64,000 nucleotides of DNA. Origin: Lama guanicoe. Taxonomy: Eukaryota. The first letter of the stretch is position 1. Every line of letters begins with the position of its first letter. Made by a program: the position numbers and the translations under genes. The DNA lies in assembly GCA_013239625.1 (NCBI GenBank), contig MU054187.1, positions 14,790,974 to 14,854,973 on the forward strand. The letters are read 5' to 3'. Positions 63,528 through 64,000 of this stretch are shown here, in pieces. Under the pieces are notes generated by a model. It saw nothing but the letters and a program-made list of their open reading frames with translations, did no database searches and was not told the origin of the DNA.

Positions 63528-64000
63528 GATTTGTTGCTGCTGTTCTTTAAATGTTCGGTAGAATTTTCCTGTAAAGCCACCTGGTTCTGGACTTTTGTTG
63601 GGAGTTTTAAAATTACTGATTGAATTTTGGTACTGGTGATTGGTCTATTGGTATTATCTATTTCTTCCTCATTCAATCTTGGGAGATTGTACCTTTTTTA
63701 AGAATTTGTCCATTTCTTCTACGTTGTCCATTTTATTGGTGTATAGTTGCCCATAGTAGCCTCTTATGACCCTGTGTGTTTCTGTGGTGTCAGTTGTAAC
63801 CTTTTTCATTTCTGATTTTATTGATGTGGGCCCACTGCCTTTTTTTCTTGAGTCTGACTAAAGGTTTATCAATTTTTTTCTTTTCAAATAACCAGCTTTT
63901 AGTTTCATTGATCTTTTCTATTGTTTTTTCAGTCTCTATTTCACTTATTTGTGCTCTGATGTTTATGATTTCTTTCCTTCTACTAACTTTGCCTACTCAC
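63528..64000 (-). mobile_element. L1 ORF2 internal fragment, running off the window end
   Basis: ttctttaaatgttcggtagaattttcctgtaaagccacctggttctggactt...aagaatttgtccatttcttct...aaccagcttttagtttcattgatc is antisense L1 ORF2 between the EN and RT domains. Confidence 0.88.

Noticed and set aside
1..64000. The many 60-190 aa ORFs in the supplied track as genes
   Set aside because: They overlap in all frames, many start at non-ATG codons, lie within repeats and show no recognisable domains. Only L1-derived peptides are identifiable.
1..64000. CRISPR array, operon or prokaryotic defence system
   Set aside because: The sequence is mammalian, with no repeat-spacer arrays and no gene-dense coding blocks.

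Overview
Mammalian nuclear genomic DNA, not prokaryotic: there are no operons, CRISPR arrays or rRNA genes. It is probably from a camelid, because four tRNA-derived SINEs resemble the camelid Vic-1 family and I see no Alu, PRE-1 or Bov-A/BovB elements. No host protein-coding exon is recognisable; the only ORFs I can assign are LINE-1 ORF1/ORF2 remnants. The window is a mosaic of interspersed repeats (L1, L2, MIR, ERV1/ERVL/MaLR solo LTRs, hAT DNA-transposon fossils) and unique non-coding sequence. The strong minus-strand bias of L1s and young SINEs suggests a long intron of a plus-strand gene. The most unusual object is a 3.2-kb minus-strand L1 (18603-21768). It keeps both termini, a 10-bp TSD, a full 5'UTR and ORF1, but has lost almost all of ORF2. 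Its 3'UTR also carries an 83-bp templated copy of unique DNA from ~950 bp away. I found no support for a novel multi-gene system. Repeat family names are recalled from consensus sequences and need Dfam/RepeatMasker confirmation; boundaries without TSDs are approximate.
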